A DNA stretch of 64,000 bases from Rhizodiscina lignyota (taxonomy: Eukaryota), in NCBI GenBank assembly GCA_010015805.1, contig ML978128.1:744001-808000 (forward strand). The letters are read 5' to 3'. Positions 35,698-46,800 of the stretch are shown piece by piece. A program made the translations under genes and the position numbers. The notes beneath the pieces were generated by a model. The model saw only the letters and a list, made by a program, of their open reading frames with translations. It was not told where the DNA came from and made no database searches. How positions within the stretch are numbered: the stretch's first letter is position 1; each line of letters starts with the position of its first letter.

Positions 35698-36622
35698 AGC
35701 TTGCTATGAACGTTCCAAAAGGGACAATGGCTATTTATAATTCGAGATATTGCTAGTGTAAGAAGGAATTCGAAGAGGACAGAAGGGAATGCCATGGAGC
35801 CCTCAGAGGATCTGTTCCAAGCGCTGAAGTCAGGCACGGCTAGCCTTGCAGAATGCGGCTGCTGAGGCCGCCGAATTGGTGAGGTTCTCTTTCGGAGGTA
35901 TCTCACGACAGAGCGGACAGGTTCTTTCTCAGACAATAAGGGAGACTCAAAGACAATGGGAAAAGCGAAAGACACGAAGACCTGAGGCAAAGAATTGGAA
36001 TTGTAATCGCGACAGGGAACAGCCTGATGAGCTGGTTACGATGCAGACTCTGCCCCTCCACCACAAGGCTACCATCTCACAAAATGGGTGAGCTCGCTTG
36101 GCGTAGTTTCCGAGAGAGCGGCCGGTGGCGCATATCGAATGCGTGTTGCGGCATCGAGCTGGCCAAGCACACGCCGTGCCCACCCCTCATCTTGTTCTTC
36201 GACCGGTGGACCGGGACGAGCGACTGTATTGCCCCTTAGGAGTGCCGGTGAAGTTCGCAGAGGGGTGGGAGAGGTACGAAGTACACTTGGGCTGGACATG
36301 CCATATTCAATGTTGTCTGGTGCTAACACTGCTGACGTAAGTGACTTCTGCATGCACCCAGAAGCTCTAAATTGTCCTGGAAACTTCAGAATGCCTTTGC
36401 AGATCACGGTTTTGCAAAATGACTACTGGACGACATATAAATGGCAATAGGATATGATTATTAAAATTAGCCTAGCGGTCTCGCATCTATTGGAACTGCC
36501 ATAACATCCACACTTTTGGAAGCTGGATTCTGTCCCGCCAGCGGTCCGTCAAAGCGCCTTGCGAAGGAAAGAGACAAATATAATCGCTTGCTTCTCGAAA
36601 TGCTGCTAACCTATACCCACGA

Positions 36623-37879
36623 TTACGCCTTATGTTGAAGAGGCTTCCTCGCGACCATGAGGTACATGGGTGTGAACAGTTTCTTCTCACCACCAGCAAC
36701 TAGCGCATCCGCTGCGAGCGCCAGACTGTCGGCAGTCTTTTGCGTACCACCCGGAGCGATGCCGACCTTCTCCAGCAGGCCAACGAACGCATGCACCGTG
36801 CTCCTTCCCATCTTCGTCAATCTTACAATGGTGAAAAGATCGAAGATGCTCTGCATGTATTTGAAGTTCCCGGACAATGGCCAGTACCACGGCATTGAGT
36901 CGTCCCTATCGGCCAGATCTTCCTTGAACTCCAGCTCGAAGCCAGCAGCCTCGACAGCCTTGAGCGCGACTTCAATCTTCTCCATGTTCGAGATGCCGTT
37001 GCCCTGCTCGATACCAAGTCGAATCTCGCGGTGCTGCGGGTTGGTGTTGTCATACGCGTCGGTCATGAGCCACTCGTAGACGCCAAAGACACCACCAGGT
37101 TTCAGGACGCGGAAGATTTCAGAGTAGATGCCCTCCAGGGATGGAGCGTGCACGGTCGCCTCAATCGCATAGACCATGTCAAAGGAGTTGTCGGGGAAGG
37201 ACATTTGCATGAAGTCGCTCTTCACGAACTTCAGCTTGTCTGACAGGCCTTCCTTCGCCGTGTACCTCGTCGCGCGCTCAATTTGATAGTCGTTGTTGTT
37301 CAGACCAATGACATTGGCGCCAGTGAACTTGACGATCTCACGCGCTGGTCCACCGACACCGCAGCCAACATCCAAGACTCTCATATCTTCCTTCATGCCC
37401 ATGCAGTGTGCAAGGTAGTGTTCGTGACGGGCGATCGCTTGTCTGAAGGGTTCGCCGTATGCGAAGCGGCAGAAGTGGAAGGAGGAGCCCCAGCCGTACT
37501 CGTAGAGGTCGGTGGCGAGGTTGTAGTAGCTGTAAAGAGCTTGTTAGAAGTTGCCATGTAACAACTGGATCATAGTTATACATACTGTCGAGTCAATGTC
37601 GCGTACTCTGCTCTCCTGGACTACAATTCACAAACGTTAGGTGGCTTCTCCCTAAACTCAAATATTGAAACGCACGGCTCGATCAGCGTCAGTTTCGTCT
37701 GCAGCACGCTTCTCGTCCCAATGCTTGAAGTAGCTCTCAACTGCTGCAGCATGGGCCTCTTTGTCCTTTGAGAACATGGCACCGAAGCCTCCCTGCGCGT
37801 TGGCAGACTTGCCATGCAGCGCCTTGTTGAACGCCGCGTCGCGGGCGTGGTCTTCTTGTTCCAAAGCAATTGGCGACAT
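36623..37879 (-). CDS. ERG6: Sterol 24-C-methyltransferase
   Basis: YYNLATDLYEYGWGSSFHFCRF, VLDVGCGVGGPAREI, YAIEATVHAP, LKPGGVFGVYEW and LFTPMYLMVARKP; 2 introns. Confidence 0.97.
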
Positions 37880-38163
37880 TTTGATGGAATCCAACTGTTG
37901 GATTGGCTTGAATGGGGTGAAGAGGAGCTTATAAGGCCAGAGGAGGTGATGGGCTACGTGTAGGTATCAAAGGAGCATGGGACGACTTCGTGTGGCGGTG
38001 TAAATTTCCAGGGAGCCTTTGCGAATGCGATTCTTCGGAATGCGCCGAGTGCGAATCAAGCCCTACAGCACGCATGCGCTGGTAGTCCTGCTGGGATCTC
38101 TGGTGGACCGTGGTGGCAATAAGGTGGATTGCGAGTCGTTAGGGGCGATGTGCACGGACCCTG

Positions 38164-38172
38164 ATCACGTGA
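38164..38172. promoter_or_regulatory. Candidate SREBP/bHLH E-box upstream of ERG6
   Basis: ATCACGTGA lies ~285 bp upstream of the ERG6 ATG. The motif is short and could occur by chance. Confidence 0.3.
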
Positions 38173-38254
38173 AGGGCTATCCACGCATGCGCTCCCGCAG
38201 GAACACACGAGACGGACGCTGCAATCCTGGCAAAAGCGTGCAGCCGTAAGCACC

Positions 38255-39126
38255 TTAGAAACTTAAATCGCAACCATCAAAATTCTGTGGGGCATGGGGT
38301 ACGTACGGCTGCGAATAACTCTCCGTGCTTTTTCCTATTGCAGGGATGGACTTCTGTCTCAGGCAACACAATTGCTGTCCCCAACGAAGGTTGAATGGCA
38401 AGCGGCAATGCCAAATTTTGCTCTTCGACATAGGCGGGAGCATATTTTTGACTGTCGTTTGGACGCGTTCTACGTCCAATACTATGCCAAATGCCTGTGC
38501 TCCTGCAGAGAGGTGAGTGTCCAGATATTTGAGCACTCGGTCAGCGACTTGGTTCAGCGTTGGTATAGACGTGATGATGTCGAAGCAATCGCCGATCTCC
38601 ATTGATGCGGAACTCAAATGGATCCGCAGACCAAGAAGCCACCCCCACCATAGGGATGGTTTATTACGGATCCCGGAACAAAGAAGGTGAGGTCTTCAAG
38701 ATCCTCATGTCGGAGTTGGACGACGCGGTCAGGTAGTGGCCCCGACGCGACAAATAGCCCATATGGCAAATATATGTGAGTATATGTTTTCACATCGCGT
38801 GTCGTCAGTAACACGAACTGATCTATAAGCCTGTGGCTTATGGGGGTCAGACAAAAGTCCGAAGAATGGACTCTGGTAGAGTAGCCGCCAACTATGACGG
38901 TCTTAGTACTGTCGATCGTCGGTCCGATCATCAATTGGCACGCGAGCCTCAGGAGTGCAGTAGGATTGCGGGCAGACGCCCGCTGCTCGAGTTGTACTTG
39001 AGCGAAGATGCCACCGTCGATGATACCGCCATTTCGTGCTAACGATCTGACTCTACGACCAATGAGATAATTCCAGTTATCTCTGAATGGTCTCTCTTTC
39101 AGCTCGACGGATGAGAGAGTTGCCAT
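38255..39126 (-). CDS. Hypothetical protein in two overlapping frames (possible frameshifted pseudogene)
   Basis: ATG-initiated 170-aa ORF 38614-39126 abuts a 120-aa ORF 38255-38617 in another frame. No family motif recognised. Confidence 0.3.
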
Positions 39127-39839
39127 GGAATCGTCTGCTCAACAGCAAGACGAGCTTTGCACACAATTAAAACATGGAGCGTGGTAATCACACTACTAAT
39201 ATTAAAAATATATCCGAGTTAACTAAGATAAGTCATAATCAAACTTACACGTTTGCAGTCCCGTGAACATGGTTCTCCTTCAGAACCGGCGTAAATGGTG
39301 GCACTCTCGTCGGTGGTCGGATTGGTGGAGATATACTAGTTAAATTTGTTTAGATCGAGCTTTTAACGACGCGACAGCGCTTCTACGCGAATTAGTAGAC
39401 TATTACTAATAAGGTCTAGTCTTACATTACCATTGAACGCCCATTTGACAGCATCATCGGGGTTATCTCGTACAGTCTCGGGACAAAGACGTGAATTTGC
39501 CTATTGCAGAAACGCACTTCTGCTCCACTCGCGGAAGACCTCGATGAAGGTTGAAAGGCAACGACATGATCGATTTTTGCTCTTCAACATGGGCGATAGC
39601 ATCCCTGGAAGTTCAACTCAACACAGTTCGAAGAGTATTAGTATGGATGTACCACTTTATTCAACATAGGTTTTTCTTAATTAAAAAGACTATGCGTCTC
39701 AGCACTTCGAAACTATAACTCGTCAAGTCTCGTTCTATTAAGATCCATCCAAGTAAAATGGTCTATGGGTATCATTGCATTCACATAATTGTACACTCCA
39801 ATTTCCTCACATAGTTCCACGCGCCCGACGCAGACTGTT

Positions 39840-40949
39840 CTATTCGTCTCCCACAACCTTTGCATGCCGGAATGTCTTGATGCCCACCCAAGCGACAATC
39901 ACCCATACCCAAGACATTACCGCCGTCAAAATTATCAATGCGGGATAGTATCCAACAATTGGAAGAGTTGGATCATCCTCAAGGTCCGGAGGTGCACGCG
40001 GGGTCTCTCCTACATCCCAAGCCCAGCTCCAGACACCCAAGCAACTGCCCATCCCGACGACGAAGACTATCCATGTGACCGCAAGGACAACCCAGCCCCA
40101 ACGTTCTGTTTCAGTGTAGTCCCACTCTGATGGTTGTAGTGGTTCAGGACTGGCACGAGTGAGTGGAGACGGTTTGACCGTGCTGCGACGGCGAAGGAGA
40201 GACGAGGTATTCGCAGCCGGACTCTGGAAGAACGATTGCGAGGGAGGTGGATGCAGGTTGGTGCTTGTAGGGCGTGAAAAGGTAAGGCCCTCATCATCAT
40301 CGGTTGTAGATGCATATGGCCCGCTCGTTGGACTTATAATAGGTGATGGTTCTGTATTCTGAGGCTCATTCTGCTTAGATACTGCCGAGTCGGTATCGAG
40401 AGCTAGCTTCTGTGCCTTCTGTGCTTCTAAGAGACTCCAGCCCTGTCCGAACTGCTCCTTCGTCGGCGTCGGATCATTATCAACTTCATGATGTTCAGCT
40501 TCTTGATGCTGGGCAGCTGAATGATTCGCAGGATTCTGTGTGAAATATCCAGTGGGTTGTGTCGGCACAAACGTTGCTTGTTCGAGTACTGAGCTTCTCT
40601 TCTCTCGCGTCCCCATTATCGCCGTCTTCCTCAGCGAGCCCCTCCTCTTTCTCGTCTTCTGCTGCCGTACCATTGCTGCCATTGCACCGCGCATCCTTGG
40701 TGCAGCATCTTGAGAGACATCTTTAGTTTCTTCTGGCTCCTCCTTCTCTTCAACTTTCGGCGATAGCATTGGAAGAGGCAATGCTTCAAAGGACGGTCGA
40801 AGAAAAGGCAGCCGACCGAGGATGCTGCCGGATAAGCTGCGCTTATGTCCCCCATGACTGCTAGCTACCATTTTCGGTCGCGCCGGCGCCGTTGCGTCAT
40901 TGAGGGTGCTTCCCGCTCCATTCTGCGCGATTCTTGCTTCATGCTGCAT
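39840..40949 (-). CDS. Membrane protein with disordered N-terminus and C-terminal PIG-Y-like domain
   Basis: C-terminal WGWVVLAVTWIVFVVGMG...LPIVGYYPALIILTAVMSWVWVIVAWVGIKTFRHA resembles the PIG-Y two-TM module. The start codon is uncertain (ORF open to 41063). Confidence 0.72.
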   Translation of the reverse strand: MQHEARIAQNGAGSTLNDATAPARPKMVASSHGGHKRSLSGSILGRLPFLRPSFEALPLPMLSPKVEEKEEPEETKDVSQDAAPRMRGAMAAMVRQQKTRKRRGSLRKTAIMGTREKRSSVLEQATFVPTQPTGYFTQNPANHSAAQHQEAEHHEVDNDPTPTKEQFGQGWSLLEAQKAQKLALDTDSAVSKQNEPQNTEPSPIISPTSGPYASTTDDDEGLTFSRPTSTNLHPPPSQSFFQSPAANTSSLLRRRSTVKPSPLTRASPEPLQPSEWDYTETERWGWVVLAVTWIVFVVGMGSCLGVWSWAWDVGETPRAPPDLEDDPTLPIVGYYPALIILTAVMSWVWVIVAWVGIKTFRHAKVVGDE

Positions 40950-41291
40950 GTCGTGGTGAGATGGAGCTAATTGGTGCGATATAGACACGGGTTGCTGTGG
41001 TAGGTGGGTCTGAAGGAGCTCCAAGCACACATCGAGGATCGAGATTGAATCATGACGCGCCACATTTACACGACAGGGGTCCTCCGCACGTGCCAGCGCG
41101 CCACTTCCGAAGATCTAGCGGCGCACCGCGCCTAGCGCGTCATTGGCTGACATCTTGAGGAATATCAGAGGAACTTGGAAGGAGGCTCACCTCAGAACAA
41201 CACTACATCCTCAATTATAACTCATAGAAACTGTCGCATGAGACAGTCTTGAAGTCATTCAGATGCGCGATAACCTTATACGATATCGAAT

Positions 41292-42872
41292 ATGGCGTCA
41301 GAGATGCCAATTCGCGTTGACCGCGGGACTCCCACCCCTCCCCCTGAAGATGAGAATCAGACCGTAAATTCGGCGACAGAGGGCACTGGAGTCCACATCT
41401 TCAACTCCGATACATTGTCACCACTCTCAGCAAATTTCCCAGGCAAAGTTCAATATGCCAGCTTTGGGTCGATGTCGCCGCCAAAGGCTTCACCCGCAAT
41501 GCCTTCCAGCGCCGCTAGCAGCCTCTCGCCGTACAGCCCAATGTTCAGCGAAAATGGCAGTGATACAGCGGCGAGTTCGGAGAACAAGAACCCATTCAAC
41601 TTCAAGCCGGTTCCGTACTCACCCGGGGGCCCGGTGCAGACGAAGGCTGTAAGACTACTAAGACTCGACGTCCGTCTCTCAGAGACCCGGGAATTGATAT
41701 CACTAATTTTATAATACTAGGATCTTGGACGACGCCGTGGGCACAAATACAAGCACAGCAGTGTCTCGCACCAAATATTCCTCGAACCCGAGCCGAAAAC
41801 TCCTCTGTCCCTCCCGACCTCCTTGCCAATACCCACATTCAAAGAGTTCAGGACAAGCATGTCAGGAGATCAAAAGCTCCGTATGCTCTGGTGCTTCTGC
41901 CATCTTCTGATATCCGGTTATGTGCAATGGAGCGGGCACGGCTCCCTTGCCATGACCGCGCTCTCACATCTTCTCTTCTTCGACGCAATCGGCGCATTTC
42001 TCTGCGTCGCAGTAGACATCGGAGGCAACTTTGAGGTATGGAAGCGCAGCAGCATCCGCTATCCATTTGGCCTCGAGCGGGCTGAAGTTCTCGCTGGACT
42101 CGCCATGTCAATTGGCGTTCTGTTCATGGGCCTGGACTTAATATCGCACAACCTCCAGCATTCGCTTGAGAATGTGGGCGGTCACGAACCACACCATCAC
42201 ACAGCGAATCCATATCACGAGCGCGTGCCGTCCGGATCTGTGGATTTTGCGGCACTTGCTGCAATTGGAGCGACATTGGTCTCCGCATCTGTACTGAAGA
42301 ACCATGAGCGGATGGGCCGGGCGCTGCGGTTCAACCTTCCGTTGCCCTCTCTTCTGTCTAATCCGACACATCTGCTCACCTTGTCCTGCTCCACTTTGAT
42401 GCTGCTTCTCCCTTTATTTAGCTTCAAGCTGTACAAATCCGTCGATGCTGGACTCTCTGTTTTGATCGCTGCTTTAATGTTTGCACTTGGCGCGCGACTG
42501 TGCTACGCGCTTGGAAGAATGCTGCTGATGAGTTACCCCGGCGCTCCCGGTGGAGCGGGCGACGTCGTTGCAAAAATTGAGGAAGATGGAGCAGTAAGCA
42601 GTGTCGACGAGGCGAGGTTCTGGCAAGTACATTATGGGCTTTGCATGGCGAATTTGAAGATCACGCTAAGAGACATGGGCGAGAGGAACGAGGACGAAAT
42701 CAACAAGTTAAGGGCCAAGATTGGTAATATGGTGAGGAACCGTCTGGGAGGAGGATATGGTGGAGGGAGGGGTGGTGTGAAGTGGGAAGTTAGCACGCAG
42801 ATTTCTTTTGATGGGGGAGGGCATGGGCATAGTCATGCGCGTACGCATGTGCATCCTCACACGCATGCGTGA
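41292..42872 (+). CDS. ZRG17: Cation diffusion facilitator zinc transporter, Zrg17-like
   Basis: GRRRGHKYKHSSVSHQIF, SSIRYPFGLERAEVLAG, His-rich loop and tail, and RFWQVHYG; intron 41649-41720. Confidence 0.85.
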
Positions 42873-43034
42873 ACGCGGTGCATTGGATCCGTTCATGAGA
42901 AATGTCTTTGATACCCGAGGGGCAGTGGATGCTCTGCTATGCAAGTAACAATATAGAATTCGGAAATTTCTAAGTATATTCTAAGAATTTCGTGAATCGC
43001 ACGCGCACAGACAGAGAACTCCAATGGGCAGCGG

Positions 43035-43420
43035 ATCCCCCTTCGAGCGTATTGCAATACTTCTCCATACTCTAAACCAAGCTAGAGAACCCTATGGCAT
43101 TGAACGCGCATAGAGGAAAGAGTTCGATCAGAAGTGGATTCTCCTTCAGGCACTTGACAGCATTGAAATACTTTGTCGTATTCCAAATCAAGCACAAGAC
43201 TTCTATAATCTTGAACAAGTGCTGAGAAATGGTTTCCGGGAGCAGTGGATGTCGTTCAAGTCTTTGACACTATTGGAATACTTCTTTGTATCCCAAGCCA
43301 AGTCATAGAATTCTATCGCATCAGACGTGTGTAAAACCATGAATTGAATTTATAACGGATGCTTAACCAGCACCTTCGACATTATGGAAATACTTCCTTG
43401 AATTTTAAGCTTAGGCATCT
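43035..43420. repeat. Four highly diverged tandem units of ~111 bp
   Basis: Core tt(c)ga....att(g)(g/c/a)aatactt......at....aa...aag recurs with AATAC at 43056, 43167, 43277 and 43389. Confidence 0.7.
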
Positions 43421-44335
43421 ACGTGACCCAGCATACAAGGTCAACAACACAGATGCTCATGGCTCTAAACAGTCTGCGGCCGGGAATGCATAGTGCTCGT
43501 AAGTATATCGCCGCCAAGTCATGCGGAAGTGGCCAAAGGGCACCATGCTTGGTGAACTTGCGACCGATATATGTTGGAGTTCCTTTCAGGCCTTCGAGAC
43601 TTAGGACTTATCACTGATATGTGATAGATCTAATGTATATTCTGGTGTATTTGCGATCTGGTGAGGAGTAGCGTAGTGCAGGGCTATCGTCCACGGGTAG
43701 ACGAGCTCGTTCCTCAAGGCTCCTTGGATTTGTATTTGGGTCGGTTTATGTATCTGATTTGAAGAAGTACTTACCATCCCAGGTCTGGCGCTGCGAGTCC
43801 ACTCAAGTCAGAAAGTTCCAGTCGGTGCCCAGTGCCGGTATTCGTTCGGCAAACTCCGCATATACTTTTCGCTAGGCTGTTTTGGGCTGTAGCGTGGCCG
43901 ACTTCACTGCAACATCAACTCTTCATTTTGGGTGTCCCTGAGGTCTCTACTGCAAGCAATTGGAACCTTATCTTATAGAATTACCAAGTCAGAGCTGTGT
44001 TTACTTTCGCTTGAACTGTTGCTTAACAACATGTGTAAACAAACAAGAGACCCCCTTGATGCCGCGGTTACACTTAGACGAGCTAGACTTTGATTGATAC
44101 TAGAGTTTATTAAACCTACATATAAGATGTATCTAGCATCAATATCACTCGTAGCAAAGTGTACCGGAGGTGAGTGTCCCTATCACAGCAAAGTTGTCAT
44201 TGAAAAGGGTAGGCACAGCGCGGTAAGCATTTCATTTCCTGTGGAAGAACCAACTACAATTACGGTGTCTTCCTTCCGTCAACAGCAAAACAGTGTGTAA
44301 TGACTATACGTTCAGTGCCTAGAATCCATTTTGCA

Positions 44336-45709
44336 CTACTTGGCTCGTCCGACAAAGGCCTCCTCCTCTGGCGTCCGCGTCTCATATGGAGACCGCGAGC
44401 TCCTCCTGTACTCCTCAATCGTCACCCTCCGGCTCTTCGGCCGGCTCCGACGCTCGCCTCCCAACTTCAAGATGCCTCTCGGCATGGGCGAGGCCCGGTC
44501 TCGTTCAACTGGGCGACGTAAGTAGTAACTTGTATGCAGCTTCGGCATGCAGGAGCTCGAGCGCTGAGAAGACATATACCTCATATCAGCCGCATTGGAG
44601 AACATCTGTGGCGGCACGCTGTTTGGGCGAGACATGCGCACGATCCTTGCTGGGAGGTCCGGCACGACTTCCCTCTCATACTCGCTCATGCTCATGCTCT
44701 TGAGGCTCTGCGACCTCGAGAAGCTGTCGCTCTTGACGGAAGCTGCGTCCTTGCTTCCTTCGGCCTTGGGAGATGACTGCAACGATGGTGGACGGTTGCT
44801 GGAGAAGTGGCCGCGCTCGAATGACTTCTTGTACGAGATCTTGCGCAGAGGGATATGTTCGCTTGACGCTCCATCAAGCGGAGGAGCCTCGCTTCCCTCA
44901 GTGTCCGACGCCTGTTGCTGTCTGTCCAGCGCATTCCAGAAGTCTGAGTCCATGCGCGGCAGCGAAAGCGGCGTCATGTGCTCATGAGACTTGCCGCTAA
45001 AAGACTCTGTAGTTGCCTCGACATTGCGATTGGGTGTTCCTGCTCGGTCGTACTGCGAGCCGTTCAAGAAGGGTCTAGGGCTAGCTGCACGCTTGCTCTC
45101 AACATGAGAAGGCACAGCGCCAAGGCCGCTGCGGGTTTCGGCTGGGGAGTGATGAGGACTGACACTGCGGTTGGTGCCGACGAAGGGGCCGTAGGGACTT
45201 GGTGGACGCGCAGGAGCCTCGACTTGAAGTTTCGATGGGCGACGACCGCGATCCTCGTAAACAGGTGGAGCGCTAGTCGAGATGCGCGTTGCACTGCTGT
45301 TTCTTGGGAAGTTCAGAGAACTGAGACTGAGAGTCCTTGTAGTATGCAGAGTAAGGTGCGGCAAGACTGGTGCGATAGTAGAGTTTCTTCTCTGCTGGCG
45401 TCTCTGTGCTTCGTAAACAGCTTCCAGGACTGCTAGCCTGAATCTACGCCTGGTGTAGAAGGTGATTGCGAAGGCACCGAAAAGGAAGAGTATGACGGCG
45501 GAGATGATGAGCCATACCAGCTCTCCATGATGCTTGCCTGGCTTGTTTGTTGACGCGTAGAGAGTTAGGGCGACTACCATGGAAATAAGAGCTGCTTCTG
45601 CAAGGAATAGACAGGCGAAGAATGACTTTGTGCCCCCTTTCGGTAGGTTGTTGTCATTCTGGCCTTCGACATCACGAGAGGCAGCCGCAGGAGCAACATT
45701 CGCGTCCAT
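44336..45709 (-). CDS. Hypothetical membrane protein (2 N-terminal TM helices, long Ser/Pro/Arg-rich tail)
   Basis: 457-aa ATG ORF with two clear hydrophobic helices followed by a low-complexity region. Confidence 0.75.
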   Translation of the reverse strand: MDANVAPAAASRDVEGQNDNNLPKGGTKSFFACLFLAEAALISMVVALTLYASTNKPGKHHGELVWLIISAVILFLFGAFAITFYTRRRFRLAVLEAVYEAQRRQQRRNSTIAPVLPHLTLHTTRTLSLSSLNFPRNSSATRISTSAPPVYEDRGRRPSKLQVEAPARPPSPYGPFVGTNRSVSPHHSPAETRSGLGAVPSHVESKRAASPRPFLNGSQYDRAGTPNRNVEATTESFSGKSHEHMTPLSLPRMDSDFWNALDRQQQASDTEGSEAPPLDGASSEHIPLRKISYKKSFERGHFSSNRPPSLQSSPKAEGSKDAASVKSDSFSRSQSLKSMSMSEYEREVVPDLPARIVRMSRPNSVPPQMFSNAADMRYMSSQRSSSCMPKLHTSYYLRRPVERDRASPMPRGILKLGGERRSRPKSRRVTIEEYRRSSRSPYETRTPEEEAFVGRAK

Positions 45710-46800
45710 GGCATTCGTGTTGCCTGCAAAGTCGCGATGCTGCGGAGCCTGGGTGTTGTTGCTGCCTAAATGCGCGGCGCGAGTTAGAAAAGCTTGATAC
45801 TGGTGGTTTTATTGCGGCATCACTTACTCGTAGGAGCGGGAGGGACTTGTTCGTAATTGTACGAGGCTCGCTGAATTGGTATGGGTCTCGGGGTGCGACT
45901 GTTGACTCGCTCGAGCTGCTGAAGTTCAGCCATGATGATGATCAGTCGATAATCATCAATAGAAGATCGGGAGTGTGGTTGTGCAGATGCAGCGAGTTGT
46001 CGCTCGGTCGCGTTATGAGAATGTAGAGGATTGAGTAACGGTTGGAGCTTAAAGAGGTGCAGAAGTAGCTTGACACGGTACAGAAGCAATTTGACAAGCT
46101 TTGGAAGCTTATCAAGCTAATCTCTGAACCTGTCAAGCAGGTTGTGCTCTGAAGTGAAGACGCAAGACTCGCGATTGTGCGTTGCAGTCGAGCTTGATCG
46201 GATGCAACGATGTCGTGAGGCGAGAATTGAAAGAGGGTGTTGTGGTGGCAAAAGATGCCTTGGCCTCCGTGCTTAATCAAAACAATAGTACGCGTAGATG
46301 GGAGGGCGACCATGTGTTTGGTGTTAGTGTGATGTTAGTTGCCAGAGCGTTGCTGGGAAGTGCTCTGCGGAGAGCAATGCACAGCAGCAATAAGGAATAT
46401 CCATCACCATCACCAGGCACTATAGATGATTTGGCACGACTTATGTTCGATTGGAAATGCTTCAATTTTACTTTACAAACTAATAAGAGGTAGAAGTTGG
46501 ATCTGCGCCACATCTCTAGCAACAGACGAGAGGGCGGCACACAAACGACCTTTCTAGCGCGCAATGTCTCCCAATCATTCAAAATCAACAAGGCCCAGGA
46601 ATGTCTTCCACTCCATGCACATGAGTTAACGACGAGCGGACATTTGAGAGCAACTAACAAGAAGCTGAGGAGGGGAATTAAACCATCCACGAAGCGCCAC
46701 GCTTGAAATCCAGAGGTATCGTAAAACATCAAAAGCAACGTATTTACCACCATTATTAGCAAGGCTGGCACCATAATCGATTGCGATACTCGTATTGCTT

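Noticed and set aside
35750..36500. Short ORFs divergent from the kinase, considered as a fifth module gene
   Set aside because: No coherent spliced model could be built by eye.
43035..43420. CRISPR-like repeat-spacer appearance
   Set aside because: The context is eukaryotic, the units are highly degenerate along their whole length, and there are no identical repeats or cas genes.
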